A program made the position numbers and the translations under genes. The notes below the pieces were generated by a model. It had not been told where the DNA came from, searched no databases, and saw only the letters and a program-made list of their open reading frames with translations. From IMG/VR virus record IMGVR_UViG_3300013093_000017, positions 1 to 64,000 of that record: DNA of 64,000 nt. One strand, 5' to 3'. Positions 19,497-30,296 of the stretch are shown piece by piece (the stretch's first letter is position 1; every line of letters begins with the position of its first letter).

Positions 19497-19585
19497 ACCC
19501 CGGTAGAGGCATGATCGCATAGCGTTCAGCATAGGTGAGAGACCTATGGGCTTGGTAACGGCCACACACGCTCTAAGGGGTTACC
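19497..19585 (+). ncRNA. Unidentified structured RNA
   Basis: ACCCC/GGGGT and TAGAG/CTCTA closing stems, GCGT/ACGC, CATAGGT-GAGAG-ACCTATG hairpin; GC-rich island in an AT-rich intergenic region. Confidence 0.5.
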
Positions 19586-19625
19586 TATTAAACGATAAAT
19601 AAAGCATAATGTACAGGAATACACG

Positions 19626-19922
19626 ATGGCAACAATATTAGAAAATGGTGATATAAAATTCGGTGACGGCACAACCCTTGCATCTGCTAATATTCCCTAT
19701 GCTAACATTACGGGAAAGAAAACTAATTTAACTCAATTTACTAACAATCTCGGAAATTATGGAGATCCTACATACGGTGCTTTCTTGGTAGCTGCAAATA
19801 TTAATACCGCTGCTATCGGCACAGGAGCATTTGCTAGTATGGCAATAAATGCAAATGTAACAACAGGTGCACTGTTTTTGACTACAAATAATTGTAACTG
19901 TAATTGTAACTGTAATTGCTAG
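19626..19922 (+). CDS. (Asn-Cys)-tail protein 1, putative radical-SAM substrate
   Basis: Shared leader (NGxIxFGDGT...QFTNxLGNYG) and C-terminal (NC)5. Confidence 0.8.
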   Translation: MATILENGDIKFGDGTTLASANIPYANITGKKTNLTQFTNNLGNYGDPTYGAFLVAANINTAAIGTGAFASMAINANVTTGALFLTTNNCNCNCNCNC

Positions 19923-19933
19923 GAAAATAAAAT

Positions 19934-20212
19934 ATGTCAACACAATTAGGAAACGGTAATATTACATTTGGCGACGGAACAACGTTATCGTCTGCTAATG
20001 TTGCCTGGACCGCAGTAAGCGGAGTTCCTACTGCTCTAAATCAATTTACAAATAACCTAGGCAACTATGGTGGTTTTTTAACATCAGCAAATGTAAACTC
20101 AGCTTACTCTGGATATTATGCATATAATGAGGTTGGGTACAAATGGTTAAATTGGAACGGATCGCAGTGGCAAATAATATCACCAAATTGTAACTGTAAT
20201 TGTAACTGTTAG
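19934..20212 (+). CDS. (Asn-Cys)-tail protein 2
   Basis: Same leader, C-terminal (NC)4. Confidence 0.8.
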   Translation: MSTQLGNGNITFGDGTTLSSANVAWTAVSGVPTALNQFTNNLGNYGGFLTSANVNSAYSGYYAYNEVGYKWLNWNGSQWQIISPNCNCNCNC

Positions 20213-20226
20213 GAAAATAACAAAAT

Positions 20227-20550
20227 ATGTCAGCAAATATAGGAAACGGTAATATCACATTCGGCGATGGTACGTCTACAAGTACCAACGTATTCTTGTG
20301 GTCTTCAGTTGCGTCACATCCAACTACATTAAGTCAATTTACAAACGACCTAGGTAACTATGGTGGTTTTTTAACAGCAGCAAACGCATTGGCCGGAGCA
20401 AACTTAGATAACAGCAACGGAGTTATTACTAATTGCGGAAGTAGACGAGGCGGAGTCGGACACTTAACATCAGGTGCATGGGGTCTAACATGGAACGGAT
20501 CTACTATGAATTTGAAATGCTATAATTGTAATTGCGCATGTAATTGCTAA
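20227..20550 (+). CDS. (Asn-Cys)-tail protein 3
   Basis: Same leader, C-terminal CYNCNCACNC. Confidence 0.8.
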   Translation: MSANIGNGNITFGDGTSTSTNVFLWSSVASHPTTLSQFTNDLGNYGGFLTAANALAGANLDNSNGVITNCGSRRGGVGHLTSGAWGLTWNGSTMNLKCYNCNCACNC

Positions 20551-20568
20551 TATTAAGAGGAAAAAAAT

Positions 20569-21354
20569 ATGGATTTTATTAAATTAAGTACAACAAGAAC
20601 ATTAACAACTAATAATGTTTCTATTAATGGCGATACATTGACACTTGAAATAGTTGATGCAACCGTTAATGATCTTATTGGAACTACTAATGCAACAGGC
20701 ACATTTAGTCTATCAGAGCTGATATCAACTTATTCACAGGACCACGGTTGCATTGCGTTATTTCCAAAAGCAATGCACATTGGTGAAATGCAAGACTTTA
20801 TGCCTATGGAAACTACTCAACTTTCATTAAATGAAAGAGCAGGTGGCGACCCGGGTTCTATACAACAAAAAACAACAGTAACACCGGCGGCAGCGGGCAA
20901 AGAATATCCAGGCTCTCCTTGGTCAGTTATTAATAGCAGATACGCATCTTATTCATACCTATACATATTAACACCGTATGCAGGATGTTCAGTTGATGAA
21001 ATAACTATTGTATATCGTGATAGTGCTCCGGTAGTTACAAAAGATAGTCAAGAAGTTACACCAGCCCAATCAATCCTATCAATGAAAGTATTCCTTAATT
21101 CATGGTTACCAATAACAGTTGCCGGCCCTGATACTATTACTCTAGGACAAACTGCTACCTACACAGTAACAGCACCTGCAAATACTACAGTGTATGTATC
21201 TAGTGATATTGGCATTGTTAATAGAGCTCGTGTTGCTCCTGGAAAAACATTTATATTAAACACAGATGGTTTAGAGGTTGGCGAAACTGTAACAATTAAA
21301 GCAGGTTACAAATTTTGGGCAGGCGTAACTAAAAAAACTATTACAGTATCATAA
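20569..21354 (+). CDS. Hypothetical protein with Ig-like C-terminal domain
   Basis: GAGGA RBS; VAGPDTITLGQTATYTVTAP. Confidence 0.65.
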   Translation: MDFIKLSTTRTLTTNNVSINGDTLTLEIVDATVNDLIGTTNATGTFSLSELISTYSQDHGCIALFPKAMHIGEMQDFMPMETTQLSLNERAGGDPGSIQQKTTVTPAAAGKEYPGSPWSVINSRYASYSYLYILTPYAGCSVDEITIVYRDSAPVVTKDSQEVTPAQSILSMKVFLNSWLPITVAGPDTITLGQTATYTVTAPANTTVYVSSDIGIVNRARVAPGKTFILNTDGLEVGETVTIKAGYKFWAGVTKKTITVS

Positions 21355-21414
21355 ATCAGAAAGCAATTATCACCGTTATATAGATAGTAAATACAGTTTT
21401 GGAATGAATCAAAC

Positions 21415-22056
21415 ATGAGTATACTATCTATATGGCCCACCAATATCCTGTATGAACCACAGGCGATCGAGGCAACTCCTCAGTTTTTGTCAGGAATGAT
21501 AGAGATAGGCGAGGAGTACGAAAAACACCATCCTGAAGCACATGTTCCTTATTATATGCGTAAGAGTCAAGAGACTGCTTACAACCTATTAGCAGATCCT
21601 CGACCATTTTGTCAAACATTTAAACAAATGCTAAAAGATCGAATGATAGAACTTGCTAAATTGGAAGGATTTGCTAAACCTGAAGAAGTTAAGTTTGAAG
21701 CAATCACTAGTCTACGCAAATTTGGACCTCAAGAATATGCCAAACCTCATAACCACAGAAGTGTAGACTATGTGTCAGTATTGTATCTATCATTGGAAGT
21801 AACCGATTTTCCTGGAAATAATACTCATCAAACGATGGCAGGTAATAGATTACACATAATTGATCCTACTGCTGCTAGAAGCAGATTACTAAATCATAGT
21901 ATGTTATTTCCAATAAGTCCGTTGCCAGGAACATTTATTGTACATCCTGCATCAATCTTTCATACTACTGAATTGAACTTAGGCCTAGCTGACACTATAG
22001 CCTTAGTTACTAACATTAAAGTAGTTGAAACTGTAAGAAACTACGTTACCTTATAA
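21415..22056 (+). CDS. 2OG-Fe(II) oxygenase family protein
   Basis: PHNH...VSVLY, PGTFIVHPASIFH. Confidence 0.75.
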   Translation: MSILSIWPTNILYEPQAIEATPQFLSGMIEIGEEYEKHHPEAHVPYYMRKSQETAYNLLADPRPFCQTFKQMLKDRMIELAKLEGFAKPEEVKFEAITSLRKFGPQEYAKPHNHRSVDYVSVLYLSLEVTDFPGNNTHQTMAGNRLHIIDPTAARSRLLNHSMLFPISPLPGTFIVHPASIFHTTELNLGLADTIALVTNIKVVETVRNYVTL

Positions 22057-22077
22057 ACCTAACCAAGAAGAAGAAAA

Positions 22078-23451
22078 ATGGCAAAATTTAGAATTAGATG
22101 TGTTACCCCCGTCACCAACGAAGAAAAAGAATTTTGGTATGACAATTTAAGTTCATTAGTATTTGATGCTACTGGGCAAATTATTAACTTTGGTAATACA
22201 GCAGATACCTCTTACCAATCAGCACCCGTTGTAAGTAAAGATACTCCGCTAGGCAAAAGCCACGATATTAAAATACTCAAAATACAATTAGGTTTATCCT
22301 GCAACTACGAGTGTACATATTGTAGTCAACGATTTGTTCCTAAGGCTGATGAAACTAATCTTAATGATATAGACCCGTTCCTTGAACAGTTACCAACTTG
22401 GTTTAACGGTGGAGATGGATCAGATGTTAAAGTGGAATTTTGGGGTGGCGAACCGTTTGTTTATTGGAAAACCCTTAAACCGTTAGCTGACCGCATTAAA
22501 GAAATGTATCCTAATATTACATTTTCAGTTGTTACTAATGGTACCATTCTCGATCTAGAAAAGAATGAATGGCTTGATAAGTTAGGATTTAATGTTGGAA
22601 TTAGCCACGACGGCCCCGGTTATCATGTACGAGGATTAGATCCGTTTGACAATCCAGAGCAGTTGTCTATGATCATAGACCTATGGAATCGTATTGGTGC
22701 CCAAGGTCGCATGAGCTTTAATGCTATGTTACATAAAGATAACCCAAGTCGCGCGGCAATTGTTGATTGGTTTGTAGAAAGATTAGGATTTGAGCCGCCA
22801 ATAGGTGAAGGCAGTTTTATTGATCCGTACGACGAAGGTGGAGTAAGTTTGTGTATGAATGAGGTTTCTGAACATATCACATACCGTAGTAATAGTTTTG
22901 CTGAGTTACGAGCAGGAAAAGGTGTTAATGTTTCATCTGCACAACGTAAAATTAAAGACTTTATTAAAAGTATCATGACTCAGCGGCCTGCTAGTACATT
23001 AGGACAAAAATGCGGAATGGATAATCCGGATAATATTGCTGTAGATTTAAAGGGCAATGTATTAACATGCCAAAACGTAAGTCCGGTTGCTACTAGCTTT
23101 AATGGTGAAAGCCATTTAATTGGACACGTTAGTGATTTTGACAACATTAAACTTAAAACATCTACACATTGGAGTCATCGTGAAGAATGTCCTAACTGCC
23201 CTGTATTACAAATATGTCAAGGTAGCTGTATGTTCTTAGCAGGTGATATGTGGGAACTAGCATGTGATAATGCTTACAGCGACAATGTTCCATATTTTAT
23301 GGCAGCATGGGAAATGTTAACAGGTACTATTCCTTATTACATTGATGGTCCGCAGGCAGAAGATCGCAAAGATATCATCGGAGCGGTACACGGCATTCCG
23401 GAAACTACTCCAAAACGTAAACCATTTCCAATCCCGGTAGTTGCAGGATAG
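22078..23451 (+). CDS. Radical SAM/SPASM domain enzyme
   Basis: CNYECTYC, FWGGEP, VTNGT, ISHDG; SPASM CGMD...CQNV...CPNCPVLQICQGSC...C. Confidence 0.92.
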   Translation: MAKFRIRCVTPVTNEEKEFWYDNLSSLVFDATGQIINFGNTADTSYQSAPVVSKDTPLGKSHDIKILKIQLGLSCNYECTYCSQRFVPKADETNLNDIDPFLEQLPTWFNGGDGSDVKVEFWGGEPFVYWKTLKPLADRIKEMYPNITFSVVTNGTILDLEKNEWLDKLGFNVGISHDGPGYHVRGLDPFDNPEQLSMIIDLWNRIGAQGRMSFNAMLHKDNPSRAAIVDWFVERLGFEPPIGEGSFIDPYDEGGVSLCMNEVSEHITYRSNSFAELRAGKGVNVSSAQRKIKDFIKSIMTQRPASTLGQKCGMDNPDNIAVDLKGNVLTCQNVSPVATSFNGESHLIGHVSDFDNIKLKTSTHWSHREECPNCPVLQICQGSCMFLAGDMWELACDNAYSDNVPYFMAAWEMLTGTIPYYIDGPQAEDRKDIIGAVHGIPETTPKRKPFPIPVVAG

Positions 23452-23666
23452 AAGTTAAATAACTAATAGCGATCCCGATATCTGCCATTCTCGTATCCCG
23501 ACCGTTACTGAATGGAGATAACAATGAAAAAGTTTCTAATATTACTAGCAGTATTAATTGCCAGGCCAACACTACCTTTCCTTATATCGATATAAAATCA
23601 AAGTATAATACTGTTACATATTATTAACATCTCTAGTGTTAAATACCATTAACCAGGGAGATAAGT

Positions 23667-24071
23667 ATGAACAAGATATTAATACTAGTATTGGCATTAT
23701 TCTCTTTCACAGCATTTGCAGAGGAAGATGGTATAGAGCTCACAGAGTTATATGCTAAGAACGACGCAAACGGCTACATCGTAATAACAATCAAACCATG
23801 CTCGAATACTGCATGGGCTAAGAAATATCCAAACGAAGCGTATGCTACAGAAGCTAATGGTACTACGCACGCAGGCTGCTGGGATCGCCCAGATACAAGT
23901 GCTGCACCAAAAGTACCAGATGTAACAATCGTTCCTATAGTGAATACCATATGGGAAGATGGCAGCAAGTATACTTTTCCAGCAAATATCTTTGGCCTAA
24001 AAGATCATGAAGATACCGTCAACGAAAAGATACCAGAGGGCAGTGTACCTCCAGTTAAAGGAACTTTATGA
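23667..24071 (+). CDS. Secreted hypothetical protein
   Basis: Signal peptide ending AFA; one Cys pair. Confidence 0.65.
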   Translation: MNKILILVLALFSFTAFAEEDGIELTELYAKNDANGYIVITIKPCSNTAWAKKYPNEAYATEANGTTHAGCWDRPDTSAAPKVPDVTIVPIVNTIWEDGSKYTFPANIFGLKDHEDTVNEKIPEGSVPPVKGTL

Positions 24072-24367
24072 TGAATTATATTGCAGGATTGATATTATTA
24101 GTAGCAAGTATTACAGCCTGGGCGCAGACATACATGGTGTTTGAATACAACGCAAATGCTCGCATAGTCCTAGGACAGGGCAGTTGTCTAGTACAAGGGC
24201 TTACGGGAGCTCGTGCCAGTGTACAACGCAATGATGGTAAGTTTATCCGCGGATGCTGGCAGTTCATTGACAACGATGCACATGTGAAGATAGAGTGGGA
24301 GAACCCCGCCAAACCCGGTGACTTTGCTATATTAAACGCCAAGGATTTCCATCCGGTTGACGAATAA
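24068..24367 (+). CDS. Secreted hypothetical protein
   Basis: Signal peptide ending AWA; shares a GCW motif with the upstream protein. Confidence 0.65.
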   Translation: MMNYIAGLILLVASITAWAQTYMVFEYNANARIVLGQGSCLVQGLTGARASVQRNDGKFIRGCWQFIDNDAHVKIEWENPAKPGDFAILNAKDFHPVDE

Positions 24368-24407
24368 ATAGTTTCACTGTATAATAACTAGATTAAGGAG
24401 TAAGGTT

Positions 24408-24539
24408 ATGAAAACTAAGAAACTAATACGCAAGATGTACCGTGCCAGCGTTAGGCATAACCTAAAGAAACAAAAGAAATTGTGGCTTAAGATCCTTAAG
24501 AAAAGTTTGGAACATAAGCACACAGAAGTAGTACAATAA
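24408..24539 (+). CDS. 43 aa basic small protein
   Basis: TAAGGAG RBS; MKTKKLIRKMYRASVRHNLKK...; paralogue at 53834. Confidence 0.6.
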   Translation: MKTKKLIRKMYRASVRHNLKKQKKLWLKILKKSLEHKHTEVVQ

Positions 24540-24540
24540 A

Positions 24541-24795
24541 GGATTGTTGTAATTCCTTCAACGTGAAGGCATGGCGGACGGGGATTCGATTTCCCCCTCC
24601 TACACTAAGGGTATTTGAAATAGTATCTTTAGTGTGGGAGACCAGGTTTCGACGGCGTGAGATAGCGAACAAGGCAACACAGTAGGCGATGACTGTAAAT
24701 CAAGCAAAATCTATAAATGCAAGCAATGATAGCATTTTCGCACTTGCGGCCTAAAATCCGTTGTGCCGAGTTTAACTAACTTGGGAACAGAATAG
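24541..24795 (+). ncRNA. ssrA: Two-piece (circularly permuted) tmRNA
   Basis: T-arm and acceptor 3' strand CTCCTAC-A (24597-24604) come before the 5' strand GTGGGAG (24634-24640) with G3.U70, joined by an intervening hairpin; tag frame 24719-24754 ASNDSIFALAA*. Confidence 0.88.
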
Positions 24796-25572
24796 TTACA
24801 GGGTCTTCGGACCCTGTTCTTTTGATAATTTATTCTGTTTTCTAGTCTCTAACATTTTTTTGACAGATTCAGGATTTTTCATAGGATTTAATCGACTGTC
24901 GCCAAATCCTGTATCAGATTTTCCTTTATTCCACGCAGGTGCTACCCTGTTGTGCTTTTTTCCAACTTGCGATGGGCGTATTTTGGCCTGATATCGATTC
25001 CGGCAAGTCGCATTGCAATAGTAATGTTCTTTAGGTGAATGATGGCAAAACTCTTCATAGATTAATTCAGCATTACAGTTAGTACACTTATAATATCGGA
25101 GTTCTTTTGGTTTCTTTTTTGTTTTATTAATTTCTCGCATTATTTCTGCTTGCCGACTTCTTCTTTCATCCGATGCAGATACCCAAGATCGTTTAGCCTG
25201 CAATCCGTCTGCATTATGATTATTTGATATCATATAGGCAATGTGCTCTTTGCGAACAATTTCATAACATTTAGAATTATTACGTTTTAATCGATCACAC
25301 ATAAGTTTAAAGGCCTGTGATTGCTTGCCACCGTATGCTTTCCATAATAATCTATGGGCAACATAATGTTGTCGTAGGGTTAATGCTGCTTTATTCCAGG
25401 GATATTTCTTAAATGATTTAAATTCTGGGAATAAATCAGACGATTTAGGGCATATATGATGATCTTCAGTTTCAAGTAGATGAGTAGTAACAATGCATTG
25501 ATTAATAAATTTAATATATCTATTAAGGTAATGTGAATTATGAGGTTTAGATTTTAATATATCAGCAAACAT
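24796..25572 (-). mobile_element. Free-standing HNH homing endonuclease (Mob-like)
   Basis: HHICPK...N...LTLRQHYVAHRLL; CxxC...CxxxC; TATAAATA on the minus strand at 25593-25600. Confidence 0.8.
24798..24823. terminator. Terminator overlapping the HNH gene 3' end
   Basis: ACAGGGTC-TTCG-GACCCTGT followed by a T tract. Confidence 0.8.
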
Positions 25573-25645
25573 AATATTTCCTTATTATATTGTATTTATA
25601 TAACGACAATATTTATGTGTTTGCTGCCTCGTAACAGAAACAACC

Positions 25646-25671
25646 AAAACCCGCTTCGGCGGGTTTTTTTT
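25646..25671 (+). terminator. Rho-independent terminator
   Basis: AAAACCCGC-TTCG-GCGGGTTTT followed by a T tract. Confidence 0.85.
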
Positions 25672-25681
25672 GGCCATGAGG

Positions 25682-25710
25682 TTGACAATGATAAATTAAT
25701 ACACTATACT
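25682..25710 (+). promoter_or_regulatory. sigma70-type promoter of groEL
   Basis: TTGACA-N17-TATACT. Confidence 0.8.
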
Positions 25711-25720
25711 ATACAAATAG

Positions 25721-27364
<1,644 letters not shown>

Positions 27365-27381
27365 TAGGATCTGATCCAACG

Positions 27382-27406
27382 AAAAGGCACCTAAGTGCCT
27401 TTTCTC
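27382..27406 (+). terminator. Terminator after groEL
   Basis: AAAAGGCAC-CTAA-GTGCCTTTT. Confidence 0.8.
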
Positions 27407-27435
27407 TTGACAACTATGGTAAAATCAAGTATACT
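27407..27435 (+). promoter_or_regulatory. sigma70-type promoter
   Basis: TTGACA-N17-TATACT. Confidence 0.8.
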
Positions 27436-27456
27436 TGTATTTGTTATTAACTAACT

Positions 27457-27981
27457 ATGAAAGCAACTATTATGGATCGTCTTAAAGCAACGTGGTATAG
27501 CAAACGTATCAAACAGAATAGAAATATTAAGAACTATCTAATTAATATTATCAAAAAGCACAGAACTTCCGAAGTTGAATGGGCTGATGTTGAACTATTT
27601 TGTTTAAACTACGAAGATTTATTTGAAATTGCAGTAGCGGTTGTAAACAAAGATTGTTCAATTATCCTAGGCGAAGGACAAGATTGGAGTTGCGGTCGCG
27701 ATGGGAAGGTTAGTATTGCCAGAACTCATAGTTATGGTAAAAACTACACTGCTGGGATTACGGGCTGCAAAAATAAGAAACATATCGTTGCGTTAGTTTA
27801 TGAAGGAATCCAGGAAAAATTCTATTTCTTTAATTTTCCTGCGAAAATTGATGAACATTCAATCCCATTTGATCTAGAAACTGGAGAACCTAAACGCATC
27901 ACACGAACTGGCCCAAATGCTATGTGGCAAAATTATGAATGTGCGTCATTTGAAGATATGGTATTGAAAAATAACGGTTGA
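27457..27981 (+). CDS. Possible PD-(D/E)XK restriction-endonuclease-like protein
   Basis: FEIAV...QDWSCGRDGKVS resembles the E...D...(D/E)xK arrangement. Confidence 0.4.
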   Translation: MKATIMDRLKATWYSKRIKQNRNIKNYLINIIKKHRTSEVEWADVELFCLNYEDLFEIAVAVVNKDCSIILGEGQDWSCGRDGKVSIARTHSYGKNYTAGITGCKNKKHIVALVYEGIQEKFYFFNFPAKIDEHSIPFDLETGEPKRITRTGPNAMWQNYECASFEDMVLKNNG

Positions 27982-28006
27982 CCTTTAGGTAAAACCGTAG
28001 TATAAT
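27978..28006 (+). promoter_or_regulatory. sigma70-type promoter
   Basis: TTGACC-N17-TATAAT. Confidence 0.75.
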
Positions 28007-28037
28007 ATATACATAAACTGTAAACAAGGAACAAGTA

Positions 28038-30257
28038 ATGATTAATATATACGCCTTCACTTATCCAGGTGCTATGCAAAAATATATCAAACAAGGATAT
28101 ATTCTTGCCAAGGTAGGTGACTCAATACGTGATACAGAGATACGTATGCGTGAACAAGGTGCTTCTGCCGAGTACGAAGGAAAAATTAATATTTTTTCTT
28201 GGAACAATCTAAAGAATATTAAGCGTGACTACCAGGTTCACCGTGTGTTAACTAAACGTGGCCTACACAATCAAGAAGGGCTTGGTACAGAATGGTTTAA
28301 AATCCCTGCTACGACCATCGAAGAGGTCAAACAATATCTAGACGATATCATTACAGGATTTGAAAATCGCAAAGTACGTAATAACATTAAACTACGTACC
28401 CTACAACACCGCAAGTTAGATCAAGCAATGGCCATTATCGATAAGTGTCCAACGGACGCATCGATCCTTGCTAACCTTTGCCCAAGATTTGGCAAAACAA
28501 TTTGGGCTTTGAGCTTATTCAATCGTATATCGGAAAAATACGGCAATCGTGTTATGCTATTGCCTGCATACTGGTTAAGCGTACACAGCTCATTTATTAA
28601 CGAGCTAGATGAATACGCAGAGTTCACTGATATTGCTGAGATCGATGTAAACGATCCAAATGCTGAACAATTAGCCAATGATTATCTAGCACAGGGTATG
28701 CGTATTGTAGTACCAATGAGCCTACACGGTGACCTTGCTGAATGGCAGACCAAACACACCTGGTTATCCAATATCCCTAACAACGATATTTTCATGTTTG
28801 CAGATGAAGGTGACTTTGGGACTCACACAGAAAATCAAGTGGCTAAACTAAAGTATATATTTGACCACGGTACTAATACCAAAAAAGGTAAATTTGTGTC
28901 AGTATATGCTTCAGGCACCAACGTACAACGTCTAGCCAAATGTTCTAAGCACATTGATGGTGTGTTATACACAGCATACTCTCAGCTCGAACTAACAGAA
29001 CCAGGTATTGTTAAACGTAAATTCTATTGTTTAGAAGTAGACACGTTAAAGAAACAAGTAGAGTCTTTGGGACACGAGGTACAGGCATCTTGGATTAAAC
29101 TAAATGCTAAACCTTTGGCCAATAAGGCGTTCTTTGAACAACTAGGCTTATCACTGTTTGGTTACGATTCATTACGTCGCGAGCTTAATCTTTCAGCAAT
29201 GGCAGATGAGCCAGTTTACTGTGCTATGATGTTAACATCTGCAGATAAGAAAGGCATGAAGCAGATTTCTGAGATCATGCAACACAGTATGCCAGACATT
29301 CACGTTAAGGTGCTTAATGGTGATTTCACTACCAACAAGAATGCCGAAACTGAAACAATTCGTGAGATCAATGAAGCAAAGATTGCGGGTAAGAAAGGTG
29401 TGTTAATTATCGCTAATCAAATGGGCAGTCGTAGTTACAGTATTCCAGAAATACAGGCAACTATAATTGCTTTTGATCGCGGGTCAGTTGATGCTACTAC
29501 GCAAAAGGTCAGTCGCTGTCTAACACCTGGTGTTAAGTACGATGGCGAGGACAAAGAGTTTGGTATGATTGTAGACCTATCATTTGATCCAAACCGTGCT
29601 GAAAATATTGAACGTCTAATCTTAGAGGAAGCCATACAGGTACAACGTGATGGAGAAGATGCCCTAGACTTTACACAAGCAGTTAAGTATGTGCTGTCTA
29701 GTGTAGACATGTTTAAGATGAATCAATATGGACTGCCAGTTGAAGTCACTGAAGAAGACCTATTTAAGATCTTTGGTGATAACGAAACCATGCTCAAAGT
29801 AGCTGATATATCAGTCGACCTTGCGGCTGCAATTGAATCGGGTATGTTTAATGTCTTGGCCGCAGTAACAGGTGGCGGCAAAGAGTCTGCTAAGAAAAAA
29901 GATATCGTAGGCGAAGGTGTTAAGAATTCAATTAAAGAAGGTGGCAGTAATGCTACTAACAATCTATCCGATGCAGATAAACGCAAAATGGAAGACATTA
30001 TTAACAATGCTATACGTGCGTTGAATATGAGTGCTACCAGTGTATATAATTTAGCTAATCTTGACGGTAATAGTTATCGAGAGTGTATTGCAATTATTAA
30101 TGCTGATGCAGAGTTAGATGCAGAGTTTAAAGAATTCTTTGGTATTACTGCTGGCAATACTTTATCATTATTAGATAACAAAATCTTAAATGAAGCTATC
30201 TTAGATGTTATTGTACAAAATAGCAAACCAAAAGAGATTGACAACCTATTCATTTGA
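28038..30257 (+). CDS. GIY-YIG/T5orf172-like domain fused to a divergent SF2 helicase-like domain (R-M-like subunit)
   Basis: N-terminal KVGDS.RDTEIRMREQ...GTEWF; CPRFGKT Walker A-like, ADEGDFG Walker B-like, QKVSRCLTP motif VI-like. Confidence 0.65.
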   Translation: MINIYAFTYPGAMQKYIKQGYILAKVGDSIRDTEIRMREQGASAEYEGKINIFSWNNLKNIKRDYQVHRVLTKRGLHNQEGLGTEWFKIPATTIEEVKQYLDDIITGFENRKVRNNIKLRTLQHRKLDQAMAIIDKCPTDASILANLCPRFGKTIWALSLFNRISEKYGNRVMLLPAYWLSVHSSFINELDEYAEFTDIAEIDVNDPNAEQLANDYLAQGMRIVVPMSLHGDLAEWQTKHTWLSNIPNNDIFMFADEGDFGTHTENQVAKLKYIFDHGTNTKKGKFVSVYASGTNVQRLAKCSKHIDGVLYTAYSQLELTEPGIVKRKFYCLEVDTLKKQVESLGHEVQASWIKLNAKPLANKAFFEQLGLSLFGYDSLRRELNLSAMADEPVYCAMMLTSADKKGMKQISEIMQHSMPDIHVKVLNGDFTTNKNAETETIREINEAKIAGKKGVLIIANQMGSRSYSIPEIQATIIAFDRGSVDATTQKVSRCLTPGVKYDGEDKEFGMIVDLSFDPNRAENIERLILEEAIQVQRDGEDALDFTQAVKYVLSSVDMFKMNQYGLPVEVTEEDLFKIFGDNETMLKVADISVDLAAAIESGMFNVLAAVTGGGKESAKKKDIVGEGVKNSIKEGGSNATNNLSDADKRKMEDIINNAIRALNMSATSVYNLANLDGNSYRECIAIINADAELDAEFKEFFGITAGNTLSLLDNKILNEAILDVIVQNSKPKEIDNLFI

Positions 30258-30266
30258 TTGTATAAT
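30238..30266 (+). promoter_or_regulatory. sigma70 promoter embedded in the helicase 3' end
   Basis: Perfect TTGACA-N17-TATAAT with TG extension. Confidence 0.8.
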
Positions 30267-30296
30267 AGTTATAACATAACCCAATAGAAAGCAATA

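Noticed and set aside
19883-20212. AATTGTAACTGT tandem DNA repeats as a non-coding repeat element
   Set aside because: They are the codons of the (Asn-Cys)n tails
19920-20230. Amber readthrough fusing the NC proteins
   Set aside because: Gaps after the TAG stops are 11 and 14 nt, so the next gene is out of frame; the TAG overlaps the AGGA RBS
22078-23451. Radical SAM/SPASM enzyme as PqqE for the PqqA peptides
   Set aside because: It is 33 kb from pqqA, has no PqqD/B/C neighbours, and is operon-linked to the NC-tail proteins; host PqqE is the simpler partner
23520-23604. Short ORF MKKFLILLAVLIARPTLPFLISI and preceding CCATTC/GAATGG stem
   Set aside because: Looks like a signal-peptide remnant; too short to support a gene or RNA call
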